In this document: positions 11,241-22,059 of the stretch, piece after piece
Numbering within the stretch: the stretch's first letter is position 1
Layout: each line of letters begins with the position of its first letter
NCBI GenBank assembly: GCA_038523235.1
Contig: JBCBJQ010000001.1
Span: forward strand, 64,001-128,000
DNA length: 64,000 bases
DNA from: Cyanobacteria bacterium J06626_4
GTDB lineage: Bacteria > Cyanobacteriota > Cyanobacteriia > Phormidesmidales > Phormidesmidaceae
Reading direction: 5' to 3'
Translations under genes and position numbers: made by a program
The notes under the pieces: generated by a model
The model's input: the letters and a program-made list of their open reading frames with translations, nothing else
What the model was told of the DNA's origin: nothing
The model's database searches: none

Positions 11241-12541
11241 GAACCGACCACAGCGGGAGTTGCTGCTGTGGGCTGAGTTTGATAGAGCTGCGTCACCACT
11301 GTGGCCAAGTGCCGAATGCCCTGGGCGATTTCGGCATCGGTGGCCGTCAAGCTGATGCGAATGCACTGGCGGGTGTGGGGCCAATCTTCGCGCAGGCCGG
11401 GGAAGAAGGGATCGCCAGGTACCACAATGACGCCATACTGCTTGAGCTGCTGATACAGCTCGCGATCGCTCACGGGCAGCTGATCAAACCACAGCCAGGC
11501 AAAAATCGCGCCTTCTCCTCGATGCAGGTACCAGGGCGCCGTAGCGGGCATGAACTGGTCGAGGCTGTCTTCAAGCACAGCGAATTTGTTGCGATAGTAG
11601 GGCCGAATCACGGTTTCAGCGAGATTGCCTAAGGCCCCGGATGCGATCGCTCGGGCCGCGATCGCCTGACCATAGCGGGAGGAATGAATACACAGATTGG
11701 TCTGAAAAGACTGGAGCACCTGAATGATGGCTTCATCACCGAGGGCAATGCCGATGCGTTCTCCCGGTAGTCCGGCTTTCGACAGGCTGAGGCAGTGCAC
11801 CATGTTCTGCCGGAAGATGGGCGTCATCGCGGTGAAATTCAACCCCGGATAGGGTGGCGCATAGGCCGAATCGACAAATACCGGCACGTTATGCGGAGCG
11901 GCCAAATCAGCAATCCGATGTACTTCGTCGTCAGTCAGCACGTTGCCGGTCGGGTTGCAAGGCCGAGAAAACAACACGAACCCGGTGTTTTCATTGATTT
12001 CTAGCTGGCTAAAATCGGGACGATATTTAAAAGAATGAGGCGTCTCACCGATATCAATCGTCGGTTTATACGCCTTTAGCGCTTCAGGAAACAATGAGAC
12101 GCCACCGTAGCCGGTGTAGTCCGGGCTCAGAGGCAAGACAATTTCTCGCAGTTGTTGATCAGCGGTGTAGCCCCCGAAGGCATTAGCCGCAAAAAAGTAC
12201 AGCGCCTGACTGCCGGGCGTAATCAAGATATTGCGCTCCGTCAGGGTTAAATCATAGCGCTGGTTAAAGTCGGCTAAAACCGCTGCAATCAAGGGCTCAT
12301 ACCCTTGGCTAGAGCCGTAGCGACAGACGACTTCGCCATAGTCGGCACTGTTGAGTAGATCTGCCGTGCAATCGCGCCACAGCTGCTCAACCTCCGGCAA
12401 GATGACTGGGTTACCGGCACTGAGATTAATAAAAGACTTGCCCTGGCCCGCTCGCAGAGTCTCGATGATGTCTTTCATAATGGCTCTCACCCCTGTCAGG
12501 TGAGACATCTGGTCGCCAAATTGGGTCAGAGCAGGGTTCAT
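11237..12541 (-). CDS. avtA: Valine-pyruvate aminotransferase
   Basis: MNPALTQFG start, [34 protein letters not shown] (PLP lysine). Confidence 0.9.
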   Translation of the reverse strand: MNPALTQFGDQMSHLTGVRAIMKDIIETLRAGQGKSFINLSAGNPVILPEVEQLWRDCTADLLNSADYGEVVCRYGSSQGYEPLIAAVLADFNQRYDLTLTERNILITPGSQALYFFAANAFGGYTADQQLREIVLPLSPDYTGYGGVSLFPEALKAYKPTIDIGETPHSFKYRPDFSQLEINENTGFVLFSRPCNPTGNVLTDDEVHRIADLAAPHNVPVFVDSAYAPPYPGLNFTAMTPIFRQNMVHCLSLSKAGLPGERIGIALGDEAIIQVLQSFQTNLCIHSSRYGQAIAARAIASGALGNLAETVIRPYYRNKFAVLEDSLDQFMPATAPWYLHRGEGAIFAWLWFDQLPVSDRELYQQLKQYGVIVVPGDPFFPGLREDWPHTRQCIRISLTATDAEIAQGIRHLATVVTQLYQTQPTAATPAVVGS

Positions 12542-12844
12542 AGGCCGGATGCGTGAAGAGAGTAATGGACGTAATATCGGATTGATATTACCGAATCTTG
12601 CCACCATAACATTCCCCACTCAGCGACAGGGATGAACTGACGCTAAATCAACCGTGATGCCGAGCCAGGAAAGATGACTGGAAAGGTCGATACGCTATGG
12701 ATAATTGAGTTGCACTGTGACCATCACTCAGCAGCGTCGCCTCTGTCAGAGTCGACTCGCAGCCTGATGGAGATTGCTGAGGGCAAGGGCGATCGCCCTA
12801 TGGCACCATCGAATAATCAGGCAACCAGAGAGAATTAACCCATC

Positions 12845-13618
12845 GTGAACACTTTGGCCCTTGGGGCGATCGCCAGCCTTCTGGCAGGATTGGGCACCGT
12901 CGTTGGCGCGCTGCCCGTTTTGTTACCGGCCACCCCCTCCGAAAAAGTGGAAAGCGTCTTGCTCGGGATTGGGGGCGGCATCATGCTCGCGGCGACCTCG
13001 TTTTCGCTGATTGTGCCCGGCACCGCTGCCGCCATTGACTTGGGCTACTCCAGCGCGATCGCGGCGTTGATCATGGGCGTAGGCGTGTTGCTCGGCGGCG
13101 GTTTGCTGTGGCTTGTGCATAATCGCTTTCCCCACGAGCACATCTTTAAGGGGCAAGAGGGGCCACAGGCCGACAATTTGAAGCGGGTCTGGCTGTTCGT
13201 CGCGGCGATCACGCTGCACAATTTTCCCGAAGGGCTGGCGGTCGGGGTGGGGTTCGGCTCCGGTCAAACGTCGGGAGCACTGGCGCTCGCGGTGGGCATC
13301 GGCCTACAAAACATTCCTGAAGGGCTCGTCGTGGCCTGGTCGCTCAAAAGTCTGCAGTATTCGCCCCTTTACGCCTTGGGTATCTCCACTCTGACGGGAC
13401 TAGTGGAACCGGTCGGGGGGATCTTTGGGGCCGGCATCGTCAGTGTGGCTCAAGACGCGCTGCCCTGGGGCATGGCCTTTGCCGCTGGTGCCATGCTTTT
13501 TGTGATTGTGGATGAGATTATCCCCGATATTTCGCAAAAAAGTCTGGGACAGAGCGGCACCCTGGGACTGATGCTGGGCTTTGTCATCATGATGTTTTTA
13601 GACGTGGCCTTAGGCTGA
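12845..13618 (+). CDS. ZIP (ZupT/GufA) family divalent metal transporter
   Basis: ITLHNFPEGLAVG and LQNIPEGL metal-binding helices, HEH loop, about 8 TM segments; GTG start. Confidence 0.92.
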   Translation: MNTLALGAIASLLAGLGTVVGALPVLLPATPSEKVESVLLGIGGGIMLAATSFSLIVPGTAAAIDLGYSSAIAALIMGVGVLLGGGLLWLVHNRFPHEHIFKGQEGPQADNLKRVWLFVAAITLHNFPEGLAVGVGFGSGQTSGALALAVGIGLQNIPEGLVVAWSLKSLQYSPLYALGISTLTGLVEPVGGIFGAGIVSVAQDALPWGMAFAAGAMLFVIVDEIIPDISQKSLGQSGTLGLMLGFVIMMFLDVALG

Positions 13619-13728
13619 GGCCAGTGCACTACCGGGCAACAATCCGGGTCTGAGAAACCGGGTGAGGGCAGAATAGGCAGTAGCTAAGTCGGACAAAGTT
13701 GTCACCCACCCCTGTTCCGAGATCGGCG

Positions 13729-16305
13729 CTACTTGGTCGTCATCGTGTGAACGCCATCCCAATCGTCCGGGGGTGGATTGACGAGATAGGCTTGGGCGCG
13801 ATTGATGTGAATGGCGGAGGCGCGATCAGTGGGTTTGAGCACGATTGCCTTTTCAAAAATCGCGATCGCTTTTTTAAACTGCATATTGGTGTAAGCGGCG
13901 CGGCCTTCCTGATACAGCTCCAAAAAGTCTTGGGTGGTTTGTTCTAGACTGTTGTGCTTGTAGTCAATCAGTTCAAAAATGCTAACCGGTTGATTCTTGC
14001 CTTTAACGCGTGTTTTATCGAGTTCTCGCACCCAAATTTTGTCGCGACAGGGCTCATAGGTGTGCTCGCTCAGCACGATATCGCAGCCGTATTGCTTGGT
14101 AACGCCCTCTAGGCGAGCACTCAGGTTAACGCCATCGCCGATGACGGTATATTCCATCTTGCGCTGTGAGCCAATATTGCCCGACACCACCTCACCCGAG
14201 CTAATGCCCATGCCGATGCGCACCTCCGGCTGATTGTGCAGCACCCGCTCATGATTGAACGTCACCAGTCGCTGACGCATGTCTAGCGCCGACTGTACTG
14301 CCGCCCAGGCATGATTTTGTAGCGGCAGGGGCGCACCATAAACCGCCATGATGGCGTCACCAATAAATTTATCAAGGGTGCCTTCAAAATTGAAGACTGC
14401 TTCCACCATGGTCTCAAAGTAGGTGTTGAGCATTTCCACTACTTTGTCGGCTTCGAGATTTTCCGTCAGGGTGGTGTAGCCGCGAATGTCAGAGAACAGC
14501 ACAGTCACTTCTCGCCGCTCGCCCCGCATCAGAGTGTCTTCGCCCAGAGCCATCACCCGATCCGCCACCCCTGGCGTCATGTAGCGATAAAGGGTCGTCT
14601 TCATCCGCTTCTCTTGGCTGATATCTTCTAGCACCAGCAGGCCACCGCGCACGCCGCCTTCGGGGTTGGTCAAAGGGTTCACCGTCAGGTTGATGCTGCG
14701 CTCTAACACCTGTACCTGATCGGGATCAACGGGCTGGGTGGTGTCGTCCTGATGACCCCACGGCCAAAACTGATCGGGATTGTCAGTACCAGGCAAGAGC
14801 AGCAGGGCCGTACTCGGATCAACCGGCTGACCGGCCGGCGTCAGCACGGCCTCAACGGGGATTGCCACCTTGAGGGTTTGCTCCGGCACATAGTGCTTGG
14901 CCCCCGTTTCTAGACTGTCTTCGATGCGAAACTGCAGCTTCTCGATGGGAATGATGTTCCACACTAACCGGTTGATGAGCTGCTGTTCCCATATATCTCG
15001 CAGGGCGCGATCGCTATCTTCAGGCGATTCCGGGCAACCCAACAGTTCCAACGCGGCATCGTTAATGGTGACGACGCGGCCCTCCATATCGGTAGAAATC
15101 ACCGCATCCGACAGGCTTTGTAGAATGTCTTTCTGGTACTGCTTTTCGACCAGGACGTTCTCAAATAGCTGGGCATTTTCTAGCGCTACGCCTGCTTGAA
15201 TGTTGAACGCCCGCATAAATTCTTCGTCAGAGCTGTTAAATGACCCCTGCTTTTTATTGATTAGCTGGGTCACAGCGATGAGCTGGCTCGATGAGTCGAA
15301 CACCGGCATGCAGAGAATGTTGCGGGTCAAGTAGCCGGTGCGCTTGTCGGATGAGGGGTCAAACCGGGGATCTTGGTAGGCATCGGGAATGTTGAGGTTT
15401 TTGCCGGTGGAGGCGACAAAGCCAACAATCCCGCGGTCAGCAGGAATCCGCAGGTCAATCATGGTTTGGCCATCGCCGGACTTGACCCGCGACCAGAGTT
15501 CGTTATTGCTGGCATCGATCAGCCACAGCGTGCTGCGATCGGCACTCATCAAGTCGCGGGCTTCCGCCATGACTGACTGCAGCGTTTTTTCGAGATCCAA
15601 ACTCTGCTCTAGCGATGAAATCGCCTTCAGCAGGGAAGACACCCCTTTTTGATTGCGCGCCGCGACGTAAAAGGAATTGCAACTTTCGAGAATGATGCCG
15701 ATGGAAGAAGCAAACTCCCGGAAGCTCCGCTCGTCTTGAGCATCAAACGCGACGGGTTGACCGTTCGGGTCCAGCTTGTTGAGCAGCTGCACTACTGCCA
15801 CAACGGACTCGTTGGTTTTATTGAAAACGGGAATACAGAGAATGCTGTGGGTGCGATAGCCGGTTTCCTGATCGGTTTTGCGATTGAAGAGGTCGCTAGA
15901 GTAAGCATCAGGAATGTTGAGGCATTCACCCGAATCAGCCACGTGTCCGGCGATCCCCTTACCGACAGGAACCCGGATTTCTAAGCGGCCTTCACCATCG
16001 CCCTGAGCAATTTTGGACCACAGCTCAGCCTTATCCCAATCGACCATAAAAATAGTCGTGCGCTCTGCCTGCAGAATCTGCCCGATTTTGAGGGTGAACG
16101 CCTCCAAAATCTGCTCTAGCATCGTCTCCAGGGCTTCGTTGTTGATCATATCGATCGCCCGAAGGAAATGCTCAAACTCCCGCGTAATCTGCTCTAGCAG
16201 ATTGATGAACTGCGGCGCGGGCAAATCTTTTACCCGGTGGGTTAAACTCCCCTGTTGATTTACCTGGGAGAACGTCGCCAACATGCTGGAGTTAGACGGT
16301 GCCAT
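13729..16305 (-). CDS. cyaB1: Class III adenylate cyclase, GAF-GAF-PAS-CHD (CyaB1-like)
   Basis: Two GAF domains with NKxnFxxDE motifs; PAS; catalytic FSDIRGYT, DKFIGDA, EYTVIGDGVNLSAR; C-terminal TPR-like helices. Confidence 0.9.
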   Translation of the reverse strand: MAPSNSSMLATFSQVNQQGSLTHRVKDLPAPQFINLLEQITREFEHFLRAIDMINNEALETMLEQILEAFTLKIGQILQAERTTIFMVDWDKAELWSKIAQGDGEGRLEIRVPVGKGIAGHVADSGECLNIPDAYSSDLFNRKTDQETGYRTHSILCIPVFNKTNESVVAVVQLLNKLDPNGQPVAFDAQDERSFREFASSIGIILESCNSFYVAARNQKGVSSLLKAISSLEQSLDLEKTLQSVMAEARDLMSADRSTLWLIDASNNELWSRVKSGDGQTMIDLRIPADRGIVGFVASTGKNLNIPDAYQDPRFDPSSDKRTGYLTRNILCMPVFDSSSQLIAVTQLINKKQGSFNSSDEEFMRAFNIQAGVALENAQLFENVLVEKQYQKDILQSLSDAVISTDMEGRVVTINDAALELLGCPESPEDSDRALRDIWEQQLINRLVWNIIPIEKLQFRIEDSLETGAKHYVPEQTLKVAIPVEAVLTPAGQPVDPSTALLLLPGTDNPDQFWPWGHQDDTTQPVDPDQVQVLERSINLTVNPLTNPEGGVRGGLLVLEDISQEKRMKTTLYRYMTPGVADRVMALGEDTLMRGERREVTVLFSDIRGYTTLTENLEADKVVEMLNTYFETMVEAVFNFEGTLDKFIGDAIMAVYGAPLPLQNHAWAAVQSALDMRQRLVTFNHERVLHNQPEVRIGMGISSGEVVSGNIGSQRKMEYTVIGDGVNLSARLEGVTKQYGCDIVLSEHTYEPCRDKIWVRELDKTRVKGKNQPVSIFELIDYKHNSLEQTTQDFLELYQEGRAAYTNMQFKKAIAIFEKAIVLKPTDRASAIHINRAQAYLVNPPPDDWDGVHTMTTK

Positions 16306-16862
16306 AATGAATCGCTGCTACAAGCAATGGATAAGGCTAAACCAAAAACTGGAGAAGAAAGGCAAGCAGTGAACCGTTGAGGATAACTCTCCCGCAACCT
16401 CCGAGTTGATCCCGGCCGAACAGTCGCACGCCTTAATTCAACGGCTGTACATCAGCCTCAAATAACCCCTACTACTTTACCTCTAACTGATTTGAACCGA
16501 CGGAAAAAGACGCCCAAGCTACAGAATCAAGAGCACTTCAGTCACAGTCGGGTACACAGTTTTTGGCATGACGGCCGTCAAGGGGGCTAATTGCCCTTGA
16601 GTTTACCCAGACGGTCTATCGAGGTTGACATTGCCAATGCGATATCGAGCGATCTGTGACAGCGCTGAGCCGTCGCTGCTCCTGAGGCTAGCCTAAGGCA
16701 ATACTCGGCTCTCACTGAATCTTTAGAAGACACTCAGGGAAGTCAATGCCAGACTTCCTAGACTGGTGATTAAAGGGAATCAAGACCATCCTGCTTTTAA
16801 GACTTTGCTCGATCTTGGCAAAAATGGGCGATGGCTTGGCTGCCAATGTTGAATTGGAAGAT

Positions 16863-17165
16863 ATGGCGATGAACAGCTTCAAGTTTCTACTGCTCGGAAT
16901 AGTGACTGTCGGCGGTATCACCCTAGCGACAGCATTGCCCAGTGTTGCCCAAGAAATTAATTTGGGTGGCTTCCGCATCGATCTCGACGAAGACGAATCG
17001 CAGCTCCGCCCCCGCATTTCCACCGATGGCGATCGCCTCAATTTAGAAATCATTGAGCAACCAGAACCGGAAACCCAAATTCGGTTGGATAGCCAGGGCC
17101 TCACCATTGAGCGGGTACAAGAACCGGCCCGCGAAGTGCTAGATCTCTCGGTGCCGTTGAACTAG
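16863..17165 (+). CDS. Small secreted hypothetical protein
   Basis: Signal peptide ending SVA-QE, followed by an acidic beta-rich mature part. Confidence 0.7.
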   Translation: MAMNSFKFLLLGIVTVGGITLATALPSVAQEINLGGFRIDLDEDESQLRPRISTDGDRLNLEIIEQPEPETQIRLDSQGLTIERVQEPAREVLDLSVPLN

Positions 17166-17273
17166 CAGGGCTGCATTTAACCCAAGGATTAGGACGGCCA
17201 GGATGGCCTTTACACAAGAGGGGGGTATGGCGGGAGTTTAGGAGTAGTTTCTCTTGATCGGGTGGGGCGATCG

Positions 17274-18842
17274 CTACGGTGTCGGAGCGTCGGGCTCGCT
17301 CTCAGCGGCGCGTTCTGGTTTCAACAAGGGGAAGGCAATAACGTCGCGAATGCTAGGACTATCGGTCAGCAGCATGACGAGGCGATCGATGCCGATACCC
17401 TCGCCACAGGTGGGGGGCATGCCGTATTCCAACGCGGTCAGAAAGTCTTCATCTACCCCAGTGGCTTCCAAATCGCCCGCTGCTTTACGTGCCGCTTGGG
17501 CCTCAAAGCGCACCCGCTGATCGATGGGATCCGTCAACTCAGAGAAGCCATTGGCCGTTTCGCGTCCGGTAATGAACAGCTCAAATCGCTCCACCACGCC
17601 CGGTTTGCTGCGGTGAGGCTTGGACAACGGTGAAATTTCGACCGGATGATCGATCACAAACGTGGGCTGCATCAACTCCGCCTCAACCGTTTCTTCAAAC
17701 ACCGTATTGAGCAGCCGACCGATCGAATCACAGGTCTCCAAGTTCTTGATCCCCAATGCCGTGACCTGGCTTTTAGCATCAGCGAGGTCGGTGAACTGGT
17801 CAAAGGCTAGGCCGGTCTTTTCCGCCACGAGATCGTGCATCGACACCCGCCGCCAGGGCGCGGCCAACTCAATCTCATCGCCTTGATAGGTGATTTTAGT
17901 CGTGCCCAGCACTGACTCGGCCACTGCCGAAATCAGGTCTTCCGTCAGCGTCATAAAGTCGTGATAGTCGGCGTAGGCTTGGTAAAACTCGATGCTGGTA
18001 AATTCGGGATTGTGGCGGGTCGAAATGCCCTCGTTGCGAAAGATACGACCAATTTCGAATACTTTCTCAAACCCACCGACAATCATGCGCTTGAGATGCA
18101 ATTCTGTGGCAATCCGCAGATAAAGCGGCATGTCTAAGGTGTTGTGATAGGTCACAAAGGGGCGAGCCTCAGCGCCCCCCGCCTCACCCTGCAGCACGGG
18201 GGTTTCAATTTCTAAAAAGCCGCGATCTTCAAAAAAGCGGCGAATGGCAGACGTGATCAGCGCCCGCTTGCGAAAGGTCTCTCGCACGTCGGGGTTCACA
18301 ATCAAATCGACATAGCGCTGGCGATAGCGTTTGGCCACATCGGTTAGGCCGTGCCACTTGTCCGGCAGGGGCAACAGCGATTTGGTCAGCAGCGCATATT
18401 GCTGCACCTTAACCGAGAGTTCGCCTTTGTCGGTGCGTTTGATCGTGCCACGCACGCCAATGAAGTCGCCGACATCGGTGAGCTGCTTGACCTGATTAAA
18501 GGCGTCAGGATTCTCGGCCATGCTGTCGCGAATGACCTTTTTATCTAGATAGAGCTGAATCGTGCCGCTCTCATCTTGAATATTGAAAAAGGCGAGCTTG
18601 CCAAAGACGCGGCGGGCCAAAATGCGTCCGGCGATCGCCACTTCATCGTCAACTTCTTCACCGGCTACTAACCCCTCGTACTGGGCCTGGAGATCAGCCG
18701 CATCATGAGTCTTGGCCCACCGATAAGCAAAGGGATTGAGCCCAGCGGCACTCAACTGCTCGACCTTTTGCAATCGGGCGGCCCGAATTTCGTCTAACGT
18801 CGAGGCGCTTTGGGCAGGCTGCTGAGACTCGTTTTTGGCCAT
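17274..18842 (-). CDS. lysS: Lysine--tRNA ligase (class II)
   Basis: OB anticodon domain, [46 protein letters not shown]; start at ATG 18842. Confidence 0.97.
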   Translation of the reverse strand: MAKNESQQPAQSASTLDEIRAARLQKVEQLSAAGLNPFAYRWAKTHDAADLQAQYEGLVAGEEVDDEVAIAGRILARRVFGKLAFFNIQDESGTIQLYLDKKVIRDSMAENPDAFNQVKQLTDVGDFIGVRGTIKRTDKGELSVKVQQYALLTKSLLPLPDKWHGLTDVAKRYRQRYVDLIVNPDVRETFRKRALITSAIRRFFEDRGFLEIETPVLQGEAGGAEARPFVTYHNTLDMPLYLRIATELHLKRMIVGGFEKVFEIGRIFRNEGISTRHNPEFTSIEFYQAYADYHDFMTLTEDLISAVAESVLGTTKITYQGDEIELAAPWRRVSMHDLVAEKTGLAFDQFTDLADAKSQVTALGIKNLETCDSIGRLLNTVFEETVEAELMQPTFVIDHPVEISPLSKPHRSKPGVVERFELFITGRETANGFSELTDPIDQRVRFEAQAARKAAGDLEATGVDEDFLTALEYGMPPTCGEGIGIDRLVMLLTDSPSIRDVIAFPLLKPERAAESEPDAPTP

Positions 18843-19117
18843 AGGTAAAGAAGGGCAAGGACACACAGAGTCTCATTATAGGCAGCTTCTGAGTCCAATT
18901 TGCTGGAATTCTGCGGCCCTCTCAGCCTTTGACTCTGTCTCGCTTTTGCCGAGTTTGCCTGGCTCCGCATCGGAAGGCATTTAGCGATCTCTCCATCCCC
19001 TTCAGACAGGGCAAAGCTCGGCAGAATGCAGCGGTCGGCAGTCAGGGTTGAAAGGTTCATCAGAGTTACCGTTGGGGCATCCCGAGTCACTTGATCCGGG
19101 TTGACAATATTTCTTCT

Positions 19118-19305
19118 CTAAGGAACAGGGATTAAATAAAGTCCTCAATTTGATCTGAGGCAAAGCCGACCACGCTTCCCCTCCTGGGAGGGGCTTACGG
19201 GGTGGGTTAACCGCGAGTACTTGAGATTGAACCCACCCCGCCCGCCCTGCGGGCACCCCTCCCGAGAGGGGAAAATTGACGCATTATTAAATTCCCGATC
19301 CTTAG
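19118..19305. mobile_element. MITE-like / REP-like palindromic element (~188 bp)
   Basis: Imperfect ~33-bp terminal inverted repeats (CTAAGGAACAGGGATTAAATAAAGTCCTCAATTT vs reverse complement CTAAGGATCGGGAATTTAATAATGCGTCAATTT); internal GC palindromes CCCCTCCTGGGAGGGG, GGGGTGGGTT/AACCCACCCC, CCCCTCCCGAGAGGGG. Confidence 0.7.
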
Positions 19306-19375
19306 CGTTGACAGCTTTAGGATGCTGCTATTCAAAGGTCGTTCAAGAGGACTCCTGTCACCCGCTCAAATGACT

Positions 19376-20815
19376 CTAAAGGGCTGACGTCGTTGACGCT
19401 TGGACGCCTGGTTTTGGGTTGATATCGAGTTGAGTAGTGTAATCAATATCGAGGATTTCGGCATAGAGGCGAACATATTCCGCCGCCGATTTGTCCCAGC
19501 TGAAGTTTTGCTCCATGCCTCTTTTTTGGAGGTCATGCCAGGCATCTTTATAGCGAAAACCCTCCCATGCTCTCACCATGCAGGTGTAAAGGTCTAAGGG
19601 TTCATAGCGATCGAAACAGTAGCCGGTACCCGCTTTATTGACCGGATCGTGATGAGTGACGGTATCAACGAGGCCGCCGGTGCGCCGCACAATTGGCACG
19701 CAGCCGTAGCGCATAGCAATCATTTGACTGATGCCGCAGGGCTCAAAGCGAGATGGCATCAGAAAGGCATCAGCACCTGAGTAGATTTGACGGCCAATGC
19801 CGTCGCTATACATGAGATAGACGGCCATGCGACCTCGGTAGCGAGAGGCCATTTCCCAAAGCTGATTCTCGTAATAGCGATCGCCAGTACCGAGTAACAC
19901 AAACTGAGCATCGGTGTAAGCCAAAAATCGATCCATGGTTTGTAAAACCAGATCGAGTCCCTTTTGTTCGACCAAGCGACTGATCAGGCCCACTAGCATG
20001 GCTTTGGAGTTAACTTCCAAGCCCATTTCTTCTTGGACTTTGATTTTGTTGGTGCGACGCTGCTCAATGGTATCAGTGGTGAACGGTTGGGCGAGCTGCT
20101 TGTCGGTACTGGGGTCAAACAAATCCAGGTCAATGCCATTCAAAATGCCGCTGAGCTTACCGCTCACAAACGACAGCAACCCTTCCAGCTCTTCACCATA
20201 TTCTTTGGTTTGAATCTGTTGAGCATAGGTGGGAGACACGGTATTAACGCGGTCAGCAAACTGCACGGCGGCAGCCATCGTATTGTGGCCTTGCATGTAC
20301 CACGGGCACCAAGTCATCTGCTCCAGTTTCCAGCGCCAGGGGCCTTGGTACGCCAGGTTGTGAATCGTAAATACCGTGCCAATGTCAGACGTTTGGCTCA
20401 TCCATACTGGAATCATGCCGGTGTGCCAGTCGTGGCAGTGCATGATCTGGGGTTTCCAATAGTTCCAGGCAAATTCAGCGGCACCGTTGGCAAAAAACGT
20501 AAACCGCCAGTCTTCATCACTGCCGCCATAAACATTGCGGCCATCAAACGCCGGGTGGCCAAACAGGTAAAGGGGCACATCAGTGCCGGGCAGCACGGTT
20601 TCATAAACTGCGAAGGCGTTAAACATCGCATAGCCTTGCCAGACAGGATCTTTAGGAATCTCAGTCTTGTCAGGCATAAAGCCGTAGTAGGGCATAAAAA
20701 TGCGCACGTCATGGCCCATTTTACGGAGCACCTTAGGCAGGGAGCCGACGACATCGCCCATGCCCCCAACCTTCGCCAACGGTGCCGCTTCCGCCGCCAC
20801 AAACAGAATCCGCAT
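19376..20815 (-). CDS. glgA: Glycogen synthase
   Basis: [11 protein letters not shown]-glucose motif, [27 protein letters not shown]. Confidence 0.96.
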   Translation of the reverse strand: MRILFVAAEAAPLAKVGGMGDVVGSLPKVLRKMGHDVRIFMPYYGFMPDKTEIPKDPVWQGYAMFNAFAVYETVLPGTDVPLYLFGHPAFDGRNVYGGSDEDWRFTFFANGAAEFAWNYWKPQIMHCHDWHTGMIPVWMSQTSDIGTVFTIHNLAYQGPWRWKLEQMTWCPWYMQGHNTMAAAVQFADRVNTVSPTYAQQIQTKEYGEELEGLLSFVSGKLSGILNGIDLDLFDPSTDKQLAQPFTTDTIEQRRTNKIKVQEEMGLEVNSKAMLVGLISRLVEQKGLDLVLQTMDRFLAYTDAQFVLLGTGDRYYENQLWEMASRYRGRMAVYLMYSDGIGRQIYSGADAFLMPSRFEPCGISQMIAMRYGCVPIVRRTGGLVDTVTHHDPVNKAGTGYCFDRYEPLDLYTCMVRAWEGFRYKDAWHDLQKRGMEQNFSWDKSAAEYVRLYAEILDIDYTTQLDINPKPGVQASTTSAL

Positions 20816-21032
20816 GTTGCCGCCCTTTTGAGAAAGTTCTTGATGCCTTCATCAGTCTACGGGCGCACGGGCGCTCTGCATAGTAGGCGAAAATGCATTG
20901 GTAGAGCGCTGGCGCTGGCGGCTCGTGCGAAGGCGCAACTAAGCCAAAAGGGATGGCCCTGTCTGGTGGATGCGACTCGAATTTGACCAGCTCGAATTTG
21001 ACGAGGGGGAACGGTTCTTGCCGAAAGGCCAC

Positions 21033-21755
21033 TTATTCTAAGACGGGCTGGTTGAGTTTGATGACCGGACGTTGAGGGCTGGGCTCTTCTACGCTCTTTC
21101 CCAACAGCCGCTCTTGAGGAATTGACTCAGCCAGGTTAGGCCCGACGATGCCGCCAGATAGCAGAATCTTAAAGGCGTCCTCGATCGAAATTGAGAGATT
21201 GATGACGTCTGATTCCGGCACGACAGCATACCAACCACTGGTTGGATTGGGAGTGGTGGGGATAAAGACGCTCAGCATAGAAGAGCCGACCGCCTCTTGC
21301 GCCGTGACCACTGTCCCCGTGACAAACGCGACGGCCCAGAGACCTCGACGCGGGTATTCCACCAAAATTACGCGACGAAAACGGCTCTTAGAATCTTGAA
21401 AAACGGTTTGTAACAGCTGCTGTAGCGTTTTATAGACTGAGCCCGCCAAAGGGATTGACTGAACAATACGCTCACCAAAATCAAGCAGCCACCGACCAGC
21501 GATGTTGCGCGCCATTAAACCGATGAGCAAAATGCCGAGCAATGGGACAGTCAATCCGACCGCTAAGTTGATCACGTCCCCCAAAAGCGGAGGCAGCCCA
21601 GTAAAAGGATTAAGTTGTTTGGGAAACCGCGTCAGAAACCGCGCCACCCAGAACGCCATCGTAATCGTTAGCCAGATGGTCGTTGCAAGGGGGATCACCA
21701 CTAGCAAGCCAGCGATGAGATCGTTTTTTAAGTCCTGTCGGAATTTCTGAAGCAC
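21033..21755 (-). CDS. DUF502 family membrane protein
   Basis: DLKNDLIAGLLVVIPL, VEYPRRG, FIPTTPNPTSGW; GTG 21755 chosen (TTG 21761 also possible). Confidence 0.88.
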   Translation of the reverse strand: MLQKFRQDLKNDLIAGLLVVIPLATTIWLTITMAFWVARFLTRFPKQLNPFTGLPPLLGDVINLAVGLTVPLLGILLIGLMARNIAGRWLLDFGERIVQSIPLAGSVYKTLQQLLQTVFQDSKSRFRRVILVEYPRRGLWAVAFVTGTVVTAQEAVGSSMLSVFIPTTPNPTSGWYAVVPESDVINLSISIEDAFKILLSGGIVGPNLAESIPQERLLGKSVEEPSPQRPVIKLNQPVLE

Positions 21756-22059
21756 AGTCAACTCGATTCGTGTCCAAGATGGATTTTAACAATCATAAGA
21801 GCTGAACTTACCAAACCGCTATGGGCTTGAGGCACTGTTCGACCGCAAAAATGTTGTAAACACCCTTGTTTAATCCTTCTCGCTTAAGCAGTACGGATAT
21901 AAACCGGCAAAGGCATCAACCACACCGTTGACCTCAGACTGCTTCCTTGTATTGTACTTAACATTTCTGTTTGATTGGGGATCAGGGATCGCAGCGGCTT
22001 TTGCTAGCCGTTTCCAGATTGAGACTTTTGCGCGATCGCTAGGATCGCGACGTTACCAA

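Noticed and set aside
12620..12844. Possible metal riboswitch or Zur box upstream of the ZIP transporter
   Set aside because: No convincing yybP-ykoY or Zur palindrome found
20033..20986. 317-aa ORF antisense to glgA, and the many similar shadow ORFs
   Set aside because: Lies opposite a well-supported gene; a typical antisense frame in GC-rich codon usage
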